From contig OZ245365.1 of the NCBI GenBank assembly GCA_965226495.1, positions 128,001 to 192,000 of the forward strand: a stretch of 64,000 bases of DNA. Direction: 5' to 3'. The DNA comes from Candidatus Marinacidobacterales bacterium. Its GTDB lineage: Bacteria; Acidobacteriota; Vicinamibacteria; Marinacidobacterales; DATDRI01. The notes under the pieces were generated by a model that saw only the letters and a program-made list of their open reading frames with translations, made no database searches and was not told where the DNA came from. Position 1 is the first letter of the stretch. Each line of letters opens with the position of its first letter. Below are positions 18,970 to 28,715 of the stretch, in pieces. The translations under genes and the position numbers were made by a program.

Positions 18970-20220
18970 TCAATGCTCTCCGGGCCGCTTCCGACTCGCG
19001 ACGGTATGAGCAATCGAGGCGAGCCGGCCAGCAAAACTCACTAGCTGCGAAACCTCGATCGCCTCGTCGCTCCCGTGGTAGCCGGCCTGGTTTCCCGGGC
19101 CCCAGCCCACGGCTTGGATGCCAGCGTGCACGAGAGGCTTGGCGAGCGTCCCCCCGCCGATTCCGACTACGCGAGCATCCGGCGCGACTTCGCGAATGAC
19201 ATCGACGATGGGCGCGTCTTCCGGGACCTCTGAGGGAAGCCACTCGAGGATCGTTTCGAAAGACATTCCCGCGCCGGGCAGTTTCGCTTGACGAGCCAGT
19301 TCTTCGAGCTCCGCGAGGATCCCCTGCGTTGATTGCGAGGGCAGGTAGCGTATATCCAGGGTGACGTCGCACGTGGCTGCCACGTGATTCGGTGCCGAGC
19401 CACCCCGAATGAGACCGGTGGTCAGGGTTGGAGGATCAAGGATGGGGTGGGCGTCGAATCGAAAGCGATGCGCCTCGACCCGGTTCAAGAAGCGAGCCGC
19501 GGCATAGATCGCGTTCACGCCTTTGAAAGGGTGCATCGCATGAGCCGACTTGCCCTTGAATTGCACCTTGAGCACGAGACGTCCTTTTTCCGCAACGTTG
19601 ATCTCTCGCATTTCTCCCGCGACGTCGGGAACGATGGCGTCGGTTGCGTCGATGAGACCCTTTTGCAGCAAAAACTCGATGCCGTTGCCCGCACCGACTT
19701 CCTCGTCGGCGACGGCGCCGAAGACGATTTTCCCCGGTATCTCCGCTTCATCCTCCTTCAGGAGCTTGATGGCCGTAAACGCGGACGCGAGGGGGCCCTT
19801 GTTGTCCAAAACCCCCCGGCCATAGAGTCTTCCATCTTGTTAGAAAGGGGAGTAGGGGTCGAAGCTCCAAGCGTCGCGGTCGCCGGTCGGTAGGGTGTCG
19901 GTATGGAGTGGAAGGAAGAGCGTTCGATACGAGGGGTCTCCTCGACCCACGGTAGCCAATAGATTGTCGCGTCCGCGAGTCTTCGTATGAATCTCGTGGC
20001 CGACCCCCCAGGTATCTAGGTAGCTGGCGAGAACGGCGGCAACCCGGCTCTCCATTCCGGGGGCCGGCATGCCATCCGGGCCGTCGCCGGGAAAATCTTG
20101 GGGAGAGTAATTGACAGTACGTTCGCGGCAGAGGCTAAGCGTTAGCTCCACAATGAACTCTCGGGCCTTCTCGGCCCGCTCTACATATCTTGAACCGTAG
20201 ATATTCATCGGACGCCGCAT
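18970..20220 (-). pseudogene. M20 family metallopeptidase (ArgE/DapE-like) interrupted by one in-frame TAA
   Basis: HTDT, GRGVLDNKG, ADEE, AEKG, SAH and YH motifs all in one frame; TAA at 19840-19842 within DPYSPF*QDGRLYGRG. Confidence 0.8.
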
Positions 20221-20303
20221 GCTAAGCGGCGGCTTTCACTGCGTCAAGATCTTGGTCGGGAGGCCCACGAACTTTTTTGACCGGCCGGTTGGTTCTGGTT
20301 ACC

Positions 20304-21596
20304 ATGAAAGATATGGCTCTTGCGCTTGGGATCTTCGCAATGCTGGCCCTGGCCAACCCCCTTGCTGCACAAAGCATGCAGAGGCAGGCGCTGGGTCCTC
20401 CCTCGCGGGTCGACGTAGAGTCGCTGATCCGGAGTCCGGCTTCCTACCACGAGAGGCTCGTGATGGTGAAGGGGAAACTCCGACAGGGCACTATGGCGGA
20501 TATGCAGAATCAGATTTATGAGCTCCGCGGCGGTAATGCGCTCCGGACCGTCCGTGTCGGCCAACCCGTGGGTTCTATGCGCGACCTACAATACTTAGTA
20601 GGGGGGGAAGTTGAAATCATCGGCATCTTCTGGGATCTGTCGTCGTCGACGGTTTTTGAGCGCGAGCTCCGCGACTACCCCGGAGCCCGGGTGCAGCAGG
20701 ATACCCCGATGGGCGCAAGTATGAGCCAGAGCAACCTCTTCATCGGAGTCGAAGAGGTCACTCCGGTTGAAAAACCGCCCGAGCCGAAGGGGGCCGAGGC
20801 GGAAAAGAGAAAAGACGTCGTCATTCCCGATCTTCCACCCTCGGACCACGTGGATCTGCGCGAACTCATGAGCCATCCGGATCCTCACTACGACAGGCTG
20901 ATCTCAGTGGTAGGTAAATTCCGGGGCGACAACGTGTACAACGACCTGCCTATGCGTACCAAGAAGACGCCGCGAGATTTCATCATCAAGGTTGCCGACG
21001 TTGCGATTTGGGTCACTGGGAAACGACCCCGCGGGAAGGATTTCGAGTTGAACCCGGAGCGACGTCGAGACACCGGCAAATGGCTCAAGGTAACCGGTAC
21101 CCCTTGGACCGATGAAGGGGTCGTCTATCTCAAGGCGAAAAAGATCGAAATGGTACCCAAGCCAGAGGACCCGGACTTGGAGCCACGCAAGGTCGCGGAT
21201 GAGCTTGCCGAGCTCGAGGCGCAAGAGCCGCCTCCGGAGGTCGTTTTTTCGATGCCCCTGACCGGGGAGAAATCGGTGCCGCTCAACAGCGAGTTCCGAA
21301 TCCAGTTCTCAAAGGACATGGATATCACGAGCTTCGATCGTAATGTGGATCTCATTTATTCCGACGACGGGCCAGACGACCACTCTTTTCCTGACATGGA
21401 GATTTCGTACGACGGGCCTTCCCGTAGCTTGGTGGTCATCCCCGGCAAGGGACTCGAGCCGGGCAGAGAGATCCGCGTGATTCTCTATCGGGGGATTACC
21501 GACAACGATGGCCGACCCTTGGTACCGGAGCCCGACGCGAGCGAGGTTCCAGAAGCCGCGGTCATCCTGAGCTTTTTCACGGAAGAGCCGCTCTGA
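20304..21596 (+). CDS. Secreted protein with two OB-fold-like repeats and a C-terminal Ig-like (Big_5) domain
   Basis: Signal peptide LAAQ; repeated VD..L...P..Y..RL..V.GK.R unit; PEVVFSMP...FRIQFSKDMD. Confidence 0.6.
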   Translation: MKDMALALGIFAMLALANPLAAQSMQRQALGPPSRVDVESLIRSPASYHERLVMVKGKLRQGTMADMQNQIYELRGGNALRTVRVGQPVGSMRDLQYLVGGEVEIIGIFWDLSSSTVFERELRDYPGARVQQDTPMGASMSQSNLFIGVEEVTPVEKPPEPKGAEAEKRKDVVIPDLPPSDHVDLRELMSHPDPHYDRLISVVGKFRGDNVYNDLPMRTKKTPRDFIIKVADVAIWVTGKRPRGKDFELNPERRRDTGKWLKVTGTPWTDEGVVYLKAKKIEMVPKPEDPDLEPRKVADELAELEAQEPPPEVVFSMPLTGEKSVPLNSEFRIQFSKDMDITSFDRNVDLIYSDDGPDDHSFPDMEISYDGPSRSLVVIPGKGLEPGREIRVILYRGITDNDGRPLVPEPDASEVPEAAVILSFFTEEPL

Positions 21597-21622
21597 GGCT
21601 CGCTGGGGATGAGGGGAGCGGG

Positions 21623-23593
21623 CTAGCGACGTCCAAGGTCGCGATTCTTCTTCTTGTCCCGGTACATCCGCTCGTCCGCGAGCTGGATGAGCTCCTCTTT
21701 GGTATGAGCCTCACTGGGGTAGGTGGCCACTCCGATGCTTGCTCCCAGCCTTTCATTCAAACCCTCGTCCCTCAGGAAGATGTGGTGGCAGATGATCTTG
21801 CGGATGCGCTCGCCTAGGCGCTTTGCGAGAGCGAGGTCGGTGTCGGGCAGAATGACCACGAACTCATCTCCGCCGTAGCGAGCGGCGATGTCCGTCTCCC
21901 TCACCGCGGCACGTAGCAAGAACCCTACGGCTCGGAGGACTCGACTGCCCCGGAGGTGGCCGTGCGTGTCGTTTATCAGCTTGAATCGATCCAAGTCGAT
22001 GAAAATGAGGGAAAGCCGGGAGCGATGGCGTGCCACGAGCTTGATCTCGCGATCTAAGGCCTGGTGGAAGTAGCGGAAGTTGAAGAGTGAGCTGACATCG
22101 TCGAGGATGGAGTTCTCTTTGGTCTGCTGGTAGAGCTTTACGTTCTCGACGGCCACCGAGATCTGCTTCGATAACTGACTGAGCAGTGTTAGGTCCCGTT
22201 TCGAATAGGTCCCGGCTCGACGGCTACCAAGTCCAAAAGTCCCCACCACTTTTCCGCGCGACTCTAATGGAAGAATGATGTACGAACGGATTCCATCCTC
22301 GTAGAAGATCTCGTCCTCAATGAACTGCTGTCGTTCGCGAGTATCGGTGTGAATGAAATGCCGTTCGTTTAGCACGACCCAGCCGGGCCCGGTACCCACG
22401 ACCGGGATGATCGACTCCATACCCCAACCTGAGTCGACTCGCGAGCCGGAAGCGAAAATACGAAGGTAACTTCCCGACTCGTCCAAGATGGCAACCGAGA
22501 GCCGATCGAACGGGATCAACTTCGCCATCTCCGACGCGAAGGAATCGAACACTTCTTCGATCTGTAGGCTGCTGCTGATGATCCGCCCGATGTTGTTCAG
22601 GACGGTGATCTGTTTCGTCTGCGCCGCAGACCGTTGAAACAAAAGGGCGTGCTCCACCGCTATGCCGATCTGGTTTCCAATGGAGGTGAAGAAGTCGAAG
22701 TCGAAGGTAGGAACGAGCTGATGGGTGCTGATGACCAGATGCATGACCCCTAGCACCCGGTTCTTCGAGCGGAGCGGGACCGCCGCTACCGCACCGATTC
22801 CGTCGCAGCCGGCAAGGAGTTTGGCGAGCCGTGGGTCGCCGTCCAAGCCGTCTAGCAAGACCGGCTGGCCGCCCAACGCCTGAGTGGCGAGGGGACATGA
22901 CTCAGGTGTTAGCGTCGTCCCGGGGGACGCTGGGGTATTTCCTCGGCCCCGCAGGTCTGGCACGCCCTCCGAACCTTGATTGCTGATAATCTTGAACGCT
23001 TCACGATCCTCGAGCCAGAGAAGCATTTCACCATAAAGGCCGCCGCTCGCCTCCATCACTGCAGCCAGAGAATCAGAGAGGATCTCCCTCAGCTCCAGCG
23101 AATTGCTGATCGCGGAAGATAGAGAATTGAGAACCGTCAGCTTTAGGTTATGAAAAAGCACCTCCTGCTGCAGAAGTCTCTCTTTGCTGATGTCGCGGAA
23201 GGTCGCTTGAACGATCTGGTTGCCACCGAAGCCGATCAGCGCCCCTTTGACCTCCACCGGGATACGGTTCTGATCCTTCGTCTCCAACGACAGGTCGTCA
23301 TAGGCGTAGCTGCCTTGCTTGGCCATCTTGCGGAGGTAGCTAATTGCCTTTTCGCGCGAGCTGCGAGGGTGAAGGTCGTCGAGTCGAAGGTCGAGGAGCT
23401 CTTCGCGATTATAGCCGGTGAGACGCTCGGCGGTTTTGTTGGCGTCGATCACAGCCCGCGTTTCGATGTCGAACAGAAGGAGTGCTTCTACTCCTTCTTC
23501 GAAACACACTCGATGGAGCCAGCCGGGCGGAGCCGACACTCCGGCGACACGCCTTGCCTTATTGCTGTCTCCGATGGGACGAGGGCCCTTCAT
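21623..23593 (-). CDS. Diguanylate cyclase (PAS-GAF-GAF-GGDEF)
   Basis: DLDRFKLINDTHGH..G, RETD I-site (RxxD), RYGGDEF, ADERMY; PAS and two GAF regions upstream. Confidence 0.92.
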   Translation of the reverse strand: MKGPRPIGDSNKARRVAGVSAPPGWLHRVCFEEGVEALLLFDIETRAVIDANKTAERLTGYNREELLDLRLDDLHPRSSREKAISYLRKMAKQGSYAYDDLSLETKDQNRIPVEVKGALIGFGGNQIVQATFRDISKERLLQQEVLFHNLKLTVLNSLSSAISNSLELREILSDSLAAVMEASGGLYGEMLLWLEDREAFKIISNQGSEGVPDLRGRGNTPASPGTTLTPESCPLATQALGGQPVLLDGLDGDPRLAKLLAGCDGIGAVAAVPLRSKNRVLGVMHLVISTHQLVPTFDFDFFTSIGNQIGIAVEHALLFQRSAAQTKQITVLNNIGRIISSSLQIEEVFDSFASEMAKLIPFDRLSVAILDESGSYLRIFASGSRVDSGWGMESIIPVVGTGPGWVVLNERHFIHTDTRERQQFIEDEIFYEDGIRSYIILPLESRGKVVGTFGLGSRRAGTYSKRDLTLLSQLSKQISVAVENVKLYQQTKENSILDDVSSLFNFRYFHQALDREIKLVARHRSRLSLIFIDLDRFKLINDTHGHLRGSRVLRAVGFLLRAAVRETDIAARYGGDEFVVILPDTDLALAKRLGERIRKIICHHIFLRDEGLNERLGASIGVATYPSEAHTKEELIQLADERMYRDKKKNRDLGRR

Positions 23594-23751
23594 TCGAGCT
23601 TGCCTCCGTGGCTCCGCTGGCTCAATCGATGATTGGAAACGGCCGCCTAACAGCTTCCAACAACGTAGGTTGGAGAGACGTCTTAGAAGTTAAAGAAGGA
23701 TAGCCGATGGTAAGCCTTGACGTCAAGTAACGGCAGGGCACGAGTATCGCT

Positions 23752-23880
23752 GAAAGGCCCTGGACGACCCCAAAGGACGGCTGGAACTCTTCGCCCGGGC
23801 CGTTCCGTGAAGGCCCGGACAGCCGTGGGTCGTTCGCTCGTCTTTATGCTAAGATTTGGGGAGCTCATCAGGGACATTTT
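23752..23880 (-). ncRNA. Structured RNA, hammerhead-ribozyme-like three-way junction (imperfect)
   Basis: Minus strand reads CUGAUGA-GCUC..GAGC-GAA-CGACCC...GGGUCG-UC with nested stems; deviates from consensus at two places. Confidence 0.35.
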
Positions 23881-23934
23881 CTGCAGAAGCGTGGGGAGAC
23901 GGTTCCCTGTAAACCCCTAGAAAAGCGGGCTTTG

Positions 23935-24369
23935 ATGTACGAGATCATTCAAGACATTCTGGATGCCAAAAAGCTCACGCAACGCGTAGCGAGCAACAAG
24001 GACGGGGCGCTGGTGACTTTCGCCGGCATCGTCCGCGGAAACAACCTGGGCAAGAAGGTGCTCTTTCTGGAGTATGAGGCCTACCCGGAAATGGCTATCA
24101 AAATGATGAAACGCATTGGCGACGAGATCCGGACGACCTGGGGGCTGACCAGCGTCGCGATGCATCATCGGGTTGGACGACTCAATGTCGGCGAGACCAG
24201 CATTCTTATCGTCGTATCTGCCCCCCATCGGGACGACGCTTTCGCGGCCTGTCAATACGCCATCAATCGGTTCAAACGCACCGTGCCCGTTTGGAAGAAA
24301 GAGGTTTTCGAAGACGGCGAGGTGTGGGTCGAGGGTCCTACTGAGGCGGTGAAGGCGGCGAAGGAATGA
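23935..24369 (+). CDS. moaE: Molybdopterin synthase large subunit
   Basis: GALVTFAGIVR, LEYEAYPEMA, HRVGRL, SAPHR, K.TVPVWKKE. Confidence 0.95.
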   Translation: MYEIIQDILDAKKLTQRVASNKDGALVTFAGIVRGNNLGKKVLFLEYEAYPEMAIKMMKRIGDEIRTTWGLTSVAMHHRVGRLNVGETSILIVVSAPHRDDAFAACQYAINRFKRTVPVWKKEVFEDGEVWVEGPTEAVKAAKE

Positions 24370-24611
24370 AAGTTCATCTGAAACTCTTCGCCGGCGTGCG
24401 AGAGATCGCGGGTCAGGAGGAGATGGAGTTGGATGTTACTCAGGGGACTACCGCGGGCGGTCTCTGGGAGAGACTACTCACTGAGCACCCCAAGCTCTCG
24501 CCCTACACCAATATCGTCAAGGTCGCAATCAACCAGGATGTGGTGGATCGTGAAGTCGAGCTCCAGGCGGAAGATGAAGTGGCTTTCCTACCGCCGGTGA
24601 GTGGCGGCTGA
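24366..24611 (+). CDS. moaD: Molybdopterin synthase sulfur carrier subunit
   Basis: FAGVRE, VAINQ, DEVAFLPPVSGG C-terminus; overlaps the moaE stop. Confidence 0.95.
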   Translation: MKVHLKLFAGVREIAGQEEMELDVTQGTTAGGLWERLLTEHPKLSPYTNIVKVAINQDVVDREVELQAEDEVAFLPPVSGG

Positions 24612-24631
24612 GTCTTCCGATTCGGTGGTCT

Positions 24632-26026
24632 TCAGAGTTTTTCTTTTCGCTGTAGACGTCGTCTGCGGTGTCTGAAGGATTTCCGCCATCGTTCGCGTAG
24701 TGCAAGCGGTAACCTGACATCCTCTTCGACCCGCGTGATGGCGTCCTGGCAGTAGGCGAGGGCACCTGCGAAATCACGCTCGCGGTGCTCCAAATGCTTC
24801 GCCAGCTCCTCTATTGCCTCGATGGCTTCGGGCCCTTCATCAGATGCCAACTCTTTCCACACCGCGGTGGACTCTTCCCATTGTTGGCGACGCTTGAGCT
24901 GCTGCGCCAACTGGCGGAGCGACTGTCTTCGCGCCGGCCCGGAGAGCCCGCTCTCGACCGCCCGACTGTAGTGGCGCATCGACCTCTCCGGGAGGGCGGC
25001 TCTCTCGAATAGGCGACCGAGGCTGTAATCGTCGATGGGGTGCTCGGGCGAGGCATCTTCGTCCAGCATCTCGGAGGCGCACACGGTGAGCGCTGCCAAC
25101 GACACGATGTCGTAACGGTTGTGAGTGAAGACTCGGAAGATGCGGGAGGCATTGCGCGTTCGGACGTAGTCGAAGTACAAACTCGGAATCAGCTCCCCGG
25201 GAACATCCTCGTCGCGCTCGAGATCGAGAAGCACGTACTCCAGGTCCATCAGCCGACAACGGTCGAGTCGGGCCTTCCACAAACTGCGAGCCGGATGGAG
25301 AAGATCAAAATGGGGAAACTCGCTGAGTGGGAATCTCAGACGAGACAGGACAAACCGAGTCTCGAGGAGAGGGATGTCGAAAGTCTTGCCGTTGAAGGTA
25401 ACCAAGCTTTCGAAGCGGGTAAGCAAGTTTGCCAACTCATACAGCATGGCTTCTTCTTCTGGGTAGTCACGCATGAAAAGCTGACGGACCACGAAGCTGT
25501 CATCCTCGATGAAGCCGAGTCCAACCAAGAAAGCGCACGTGCCGGAACCTCCGGTGAGACCGGTGGTCTCGGTGTCGAGAAATACCGCGCGTGATAGATC
25601 GAGCTCGTCGTCCCCCCGAGCGAGAATCGAGAAGGCTGAAGGTGGAACGACCTTGAGTCGGGAGAGGCTCATTCGGCCGTGCCAGTGTTCGAGTGGGTAC
25701 CGATGGTCGACCTGATAGAAAGCGCCCCTTTCGTTCTCGACACGTCTTCCCTCGAGAACCTCGTCGAGTGAGACGATAGGTCCTGGATCCCCGTGAAGAG
25801 CCTTTTCGGGGCGCTCGGCATGAGCCTTGGTGGTGACTGCCACCAGGCGTTCCAACCGTTCTTTGATGGAAAGCGGGTCGTCGTCCGTTGCCTGGCCCAG
25901 GAGCTCGCGTTCAAGGCGGTAGAGGGATTCGCTCGGGCTCGCCGCAGGTGCGGCCGGGGTCCGTCTTGAAGTGTCTGTGGCGGGACGTGACTTGAAGTGC
26001 CGCTCTAGTTTATCCCGAGTGCGCAT
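24632..26026 (-). CDS. RNase H-like exonuclease with TPR tail (YprB/MrfB-like)
   Basis: FLDTETTGL, TFNGKTFD, HFDLLHPAR, HNRYDIVSL, AKHLEH; follows the DUF1998 helicase. Confidence 0.85.
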   Translation of the reverse strand: MRTRDKLERHFKSRPATDTSRRTPAAPAASPSESLYRLERELLGQATDDDPLSIKERLERLVAVTTKAHAERPEKALHGDPGPIVSLDEVLEGRRVENERGAFYQVDHRYPLEHWHGRMSLSRLKVVPPSAFSILARGDDELDLSRAVFLDTETTGLTGGSGTCAFLVGLGFIEDDSFVVRQLFMRDYPEEEAMLYELANLLTRFESLVTFNGKTFDIPLLETRFVLSRLRFPLSEFPHFDLLHPARSLWKARLDRCRLMDLEYVLLDLERDEDVPGELIPSLYFDYVRTRNASRIFRVFTHNRYDIVSLAALTVCASEMLDEDASPEHPIDDYSLGRLFERAALPERSMRHYSRAVESGLSGPARRQSLRQLAQQLKRRQQWEESTAVWKELASDEGPEAIEAIEELAKHLEHRERDFAGALAYCQDAITRVEEDVRLPLALRERWRKSFRHRRRRLQRKEKL

Positions 26027-26070
26027 CGGTCGAAGTTAGTCAGGGGCCACTAAGGGTCACTCAGGGCCAG

Positions 26071-28455
26071 TCAGAGATTGACGGGTACGATTCGCTCGAG
26101 GATGGCGAGCGCAACTTCCTTCCCTCTTTCACCCACCTCTCCGACCGGACCGACGCAGGAAGGGCATCCGTCCTTGCAGGGGCAGCTTTCGATGAGCCCC
26201 TTACTCTCTCGGAGGAGCTTGTCGTGGAGTCGGAACAACGGCTCCGAAAAGCCGATGCCGCCAGGGTAGTTGTCGTAGAGGAAGATGTTTGGCTCGTACG
26301 CGGAGCCCATTTCTGAGGTGGGCTCGAGGTGCGGCGTAGCACCCAGCGGTCGTTTGAAACCCTTCTCGACCGAGGCAACTCCTTGCGAATTGTCTCCGAT
26401 CGCAACTCCGATGTCGGAGCGGTCGCACATGAGAAAGAGCATAGCAACCGTCTTGAGTGAGTTGGCCAAACCGACGACACCATCCCGCTTCTGCTCGGAG
26501 TTCACTTCCAATGCGGCCAGCACCTCTCGACGGACCGTAAGCCAGTAGGCCGTCGTGTGCATCTCTTGCTCTGGCATGCTGAGCTCACCGGAGCCCACGT
26601 TCTCGAGTGTGTAAAACTTGATCTTCTTGAAGCCGACGACCTGGGAGATCACGTGGACCTCGCCGTGCGAGCGAACCGAAGTGCCTACCGCGTTGGAGTC
26701 GAATCGATCGAGAATATTGACCTTCGTATAAGTGATGGCGTCGGTGTAGTAATCCGTGTCGCACCGCCGAACGGTCGCTCTTCGTTCGGCGTAGTCGAAG
26801 TGCACCACGTAGTATTGTTGCCCTTCGACGATGTAAATGGCCTTGTCGTGGAGTGTGGAAATTGCGCTAGTGAAGTCGACCTCCGCGATCACGCGCGGGT
26901 TGGTCGTTTCGTCCACGACGACGAAGTTATCGGAGCTTGCCGAGCGCAAGCTCACCTCATCGGCGGGATACGACTCGCTCGTCCAATGCCAGCGGTCACC
27001 CGAATGGTGCACCAGCTGGTGCTCTTCCAGGAAACCCAAGATTTCCTGTAGGTTCTCTTCGCCAAAACTTTCGCCTTGCTGGAATGGTAGCTCGAAGGCA
27101 GCGCACTTTACGTGATCGACCAGGATCGACAGATTGTCGGGATTCACGAGACCATGCTCCGGCGAGCCGGAGAAGAAGTAATCCGGGTGATTGACGACGA
27201 ACTGATTTATCGGACTGCTGTTTGCGACCAGAATCGCGACCGAAGATCCAGTTCTTCGGCCCGAGCGTCCAGCTTGCTGCCAAGTCGACGCGATGGTGCC
27301 GGGATACCCGGCAAGAATCGCGACGTCCAGGTTTCCGATGTCGATTCCGAGCTCGAGGGCGTTGGTCGACACGACCCCCAAAACGCTTCCTTCCCGCAAC
27401 CCTCGCTCGATCTCCCGACGTTTCTCCGGCAAGTATCCCCCGCGGTAGCCGCGAACCAAGTCCCGCGCCGTCACCTCTTTCTCGAGTGCATCCTTCAAGT
27501 AGGTGACCAAAACCTCGGTGTTGAGACGGCTGGTTGCGAAGACGATGGTCTGCAAACCGAGCCTGAGGAAAGAGAGAGCCAGACGGCGTGCCTCGTGGAT
27601 ATAGGACCGCCGGATACCCAACTCTTGGTTGACGACCGGAGGGTTGTAGAAGAGGAAGTACTTCTCTCCCTTTGGTGCCCCGTTGGTGTCGATGAGGCTT
27701 GCCGGGGCATCGATCAATTTCTCGGTCAACTCTTGAGGGTTGGCGATGGTTGCCGAGGAGCAAATGAACTGCGGTTGGGTGCCGTAGAAGGCGCAGATGC
27801 GGTGGAGGCGGCGAAGGATGTTCGTCAGGTGGCTCCCGAACACGCCACGGTACGCATGCACCTCGTCGATGACGATGTAGCGAAGGTTCTCGAACAGCTT
27901 GACCCACTTCGGATGGTGAGGAAGGATGCCGCTGTGAAGCATGTCGGGGTTGGTGACCACGAGATGTCCCCGCGACCGGATCGCTTTCCGCGCGTCCTGC
28001 GGTGTATCTCCGTCATAGGTGAAGGTGCGGATGTCTACGTCCAACTCCCCGATCATGGAATGGAGCTCTGCCAACTGATCCTGGGCAAGAGCCTTGGTCG
28101 GGAAGAGGTACAAGGCTCGGGTTTCAGGGTTGCGCAGCACGGCGTCCAGTACGGGCAGGTTGTAGCAAAGTGTCTTTCCCGAGGCGGTCGGTGTCACCAC
28201 GACGACATTCTCGCCCGCCTGTACCCTCTCGAAGGCTTCGACCTGATGGGAGTAGAGACGTTCGATGCCCCGTTGACGCAAGACCTCGGTCAGGCGAGGA
28301 GAGAGCTCGGGTGGAAAATCGGCGTAACTCCCTGGTAAGGCTGGGTAGTGGCGGAAGGCGGTGATGCCGGGAACTCGGGTGGTTTCGGCCTCGATTTCGG
28401 AGATGGCTTTCCTTAGCGCGAGCGCACGGTCAGCGGGGGCAAGGATCTCCGCCAT
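26071..28455 (-). CDS. DEAH-box helicase with DUF1998 (YprA/MrfA/Hrq1-like)
   Basis: TPTASGKT, PTKALAQDQ, DEVH, SATIAN, LELGIDIG, QQAGRSGR, C-terminal CPCKDGCPSC. Confidence 0.92.
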   Translation of the reverse strand: MAEILAPADRALALRKAISEIEAETTRVPGITAFRHYPALPGSYADFPPELSPRLTEVLRQRGIERLYSHQVEAFERVQAGENVVVVTPTASGKTLCYNLPVLDAVLRNPETRALYLFPTKALAQDQLAELHSMIGELDVDIRTFTYDGDTPQDARKAIRSRGHLVVTNPDMLHSGILPHHPKWVKLFENLRYIVIDEVHAYRGVFGSHLTNILRRLHRICAFYGTQPQFICSSATIANPQELTEKLIDAPASLIDTNGAPKGEKYFLFYNPPVVNQELGIRRSYIHEARRLALSFLRLGLQTIVFATSRLNTEVLVTYLKDALEKEVTARDLVRGYRGGYLPEKRREIERGLREGSVLGVVSTNALELGIDIGNLDVAILAGYPGTIASTWQQAGRSGRRTGSSVAILVANSSPINQFVVNHPDYFFSGSPEHGLVNPDNLSILVDHVKCAAFELPFQQGESFGEENLQEILGFLEEHQLVHHSGDRWHWTSESYPADEVSLRSASSDNFVVVDETTNPRVIAEVDFTSAISTLHDKAIYIVEGQQYYVVHFDYAERRATVRRCDTDYYTDAITYTKVNILDRFDSNAVGTSVRSHGEVHVISQVVGFKKIKFYTLENVGSGELSMPEQEMHTTAYWLTVRREVLAALEVNSEQKRDGVVGLANSLKTVAMLFLMCDRSDIGVAIGDNSQGVASVEKGFKRPLGATPHLEPTSEMGSAYEPNIFLYDNYPGGIGFSEPLFRLHDKLLRESKGLIESCPCKDGCPSCVGPVGEVGERGKEVALAILERIVPVNL

Positions 28456-28715
28456 AGATAGCCTAGGATAGCCGAGTTTGGTGGAGACGTGTCGGCAAAA
28501 TCAACCGCCCCCAGAGGCGATCGGGCATAATATATAGAGCCGCTTGAACTTGCGGCCGATAGACGATAGAATAGTCGAAACGCAGTTTGGGTTCAGATAC
28601 GATTTCCAGACGCCAGAATACGAAGGTGCAGCTAATGGAAGTGGCTAGGTGTCGTTTGGCGACGCCCCAATACGTGGTTGCACGTTAGCGGCGTGGAAAG
28701 GCGTCGGTTCGCCCG

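Noticed and set aside
23730-23930. Moco riboswitch or 6S RNA upstream of moaE
   Set aside because: Characteristic Moco motif elements were not recognisable and no 6S-length closing stem was found; the better-defined fold is on the opposite strand
26071-28455. DISARM/Druantia-type defence system suggested by the DUF1998 helicase
   Set aside because: No methylase, PLD or SNF2 partners; the neighbour is a YprB-like exonuclease, fitting MrfAB repair
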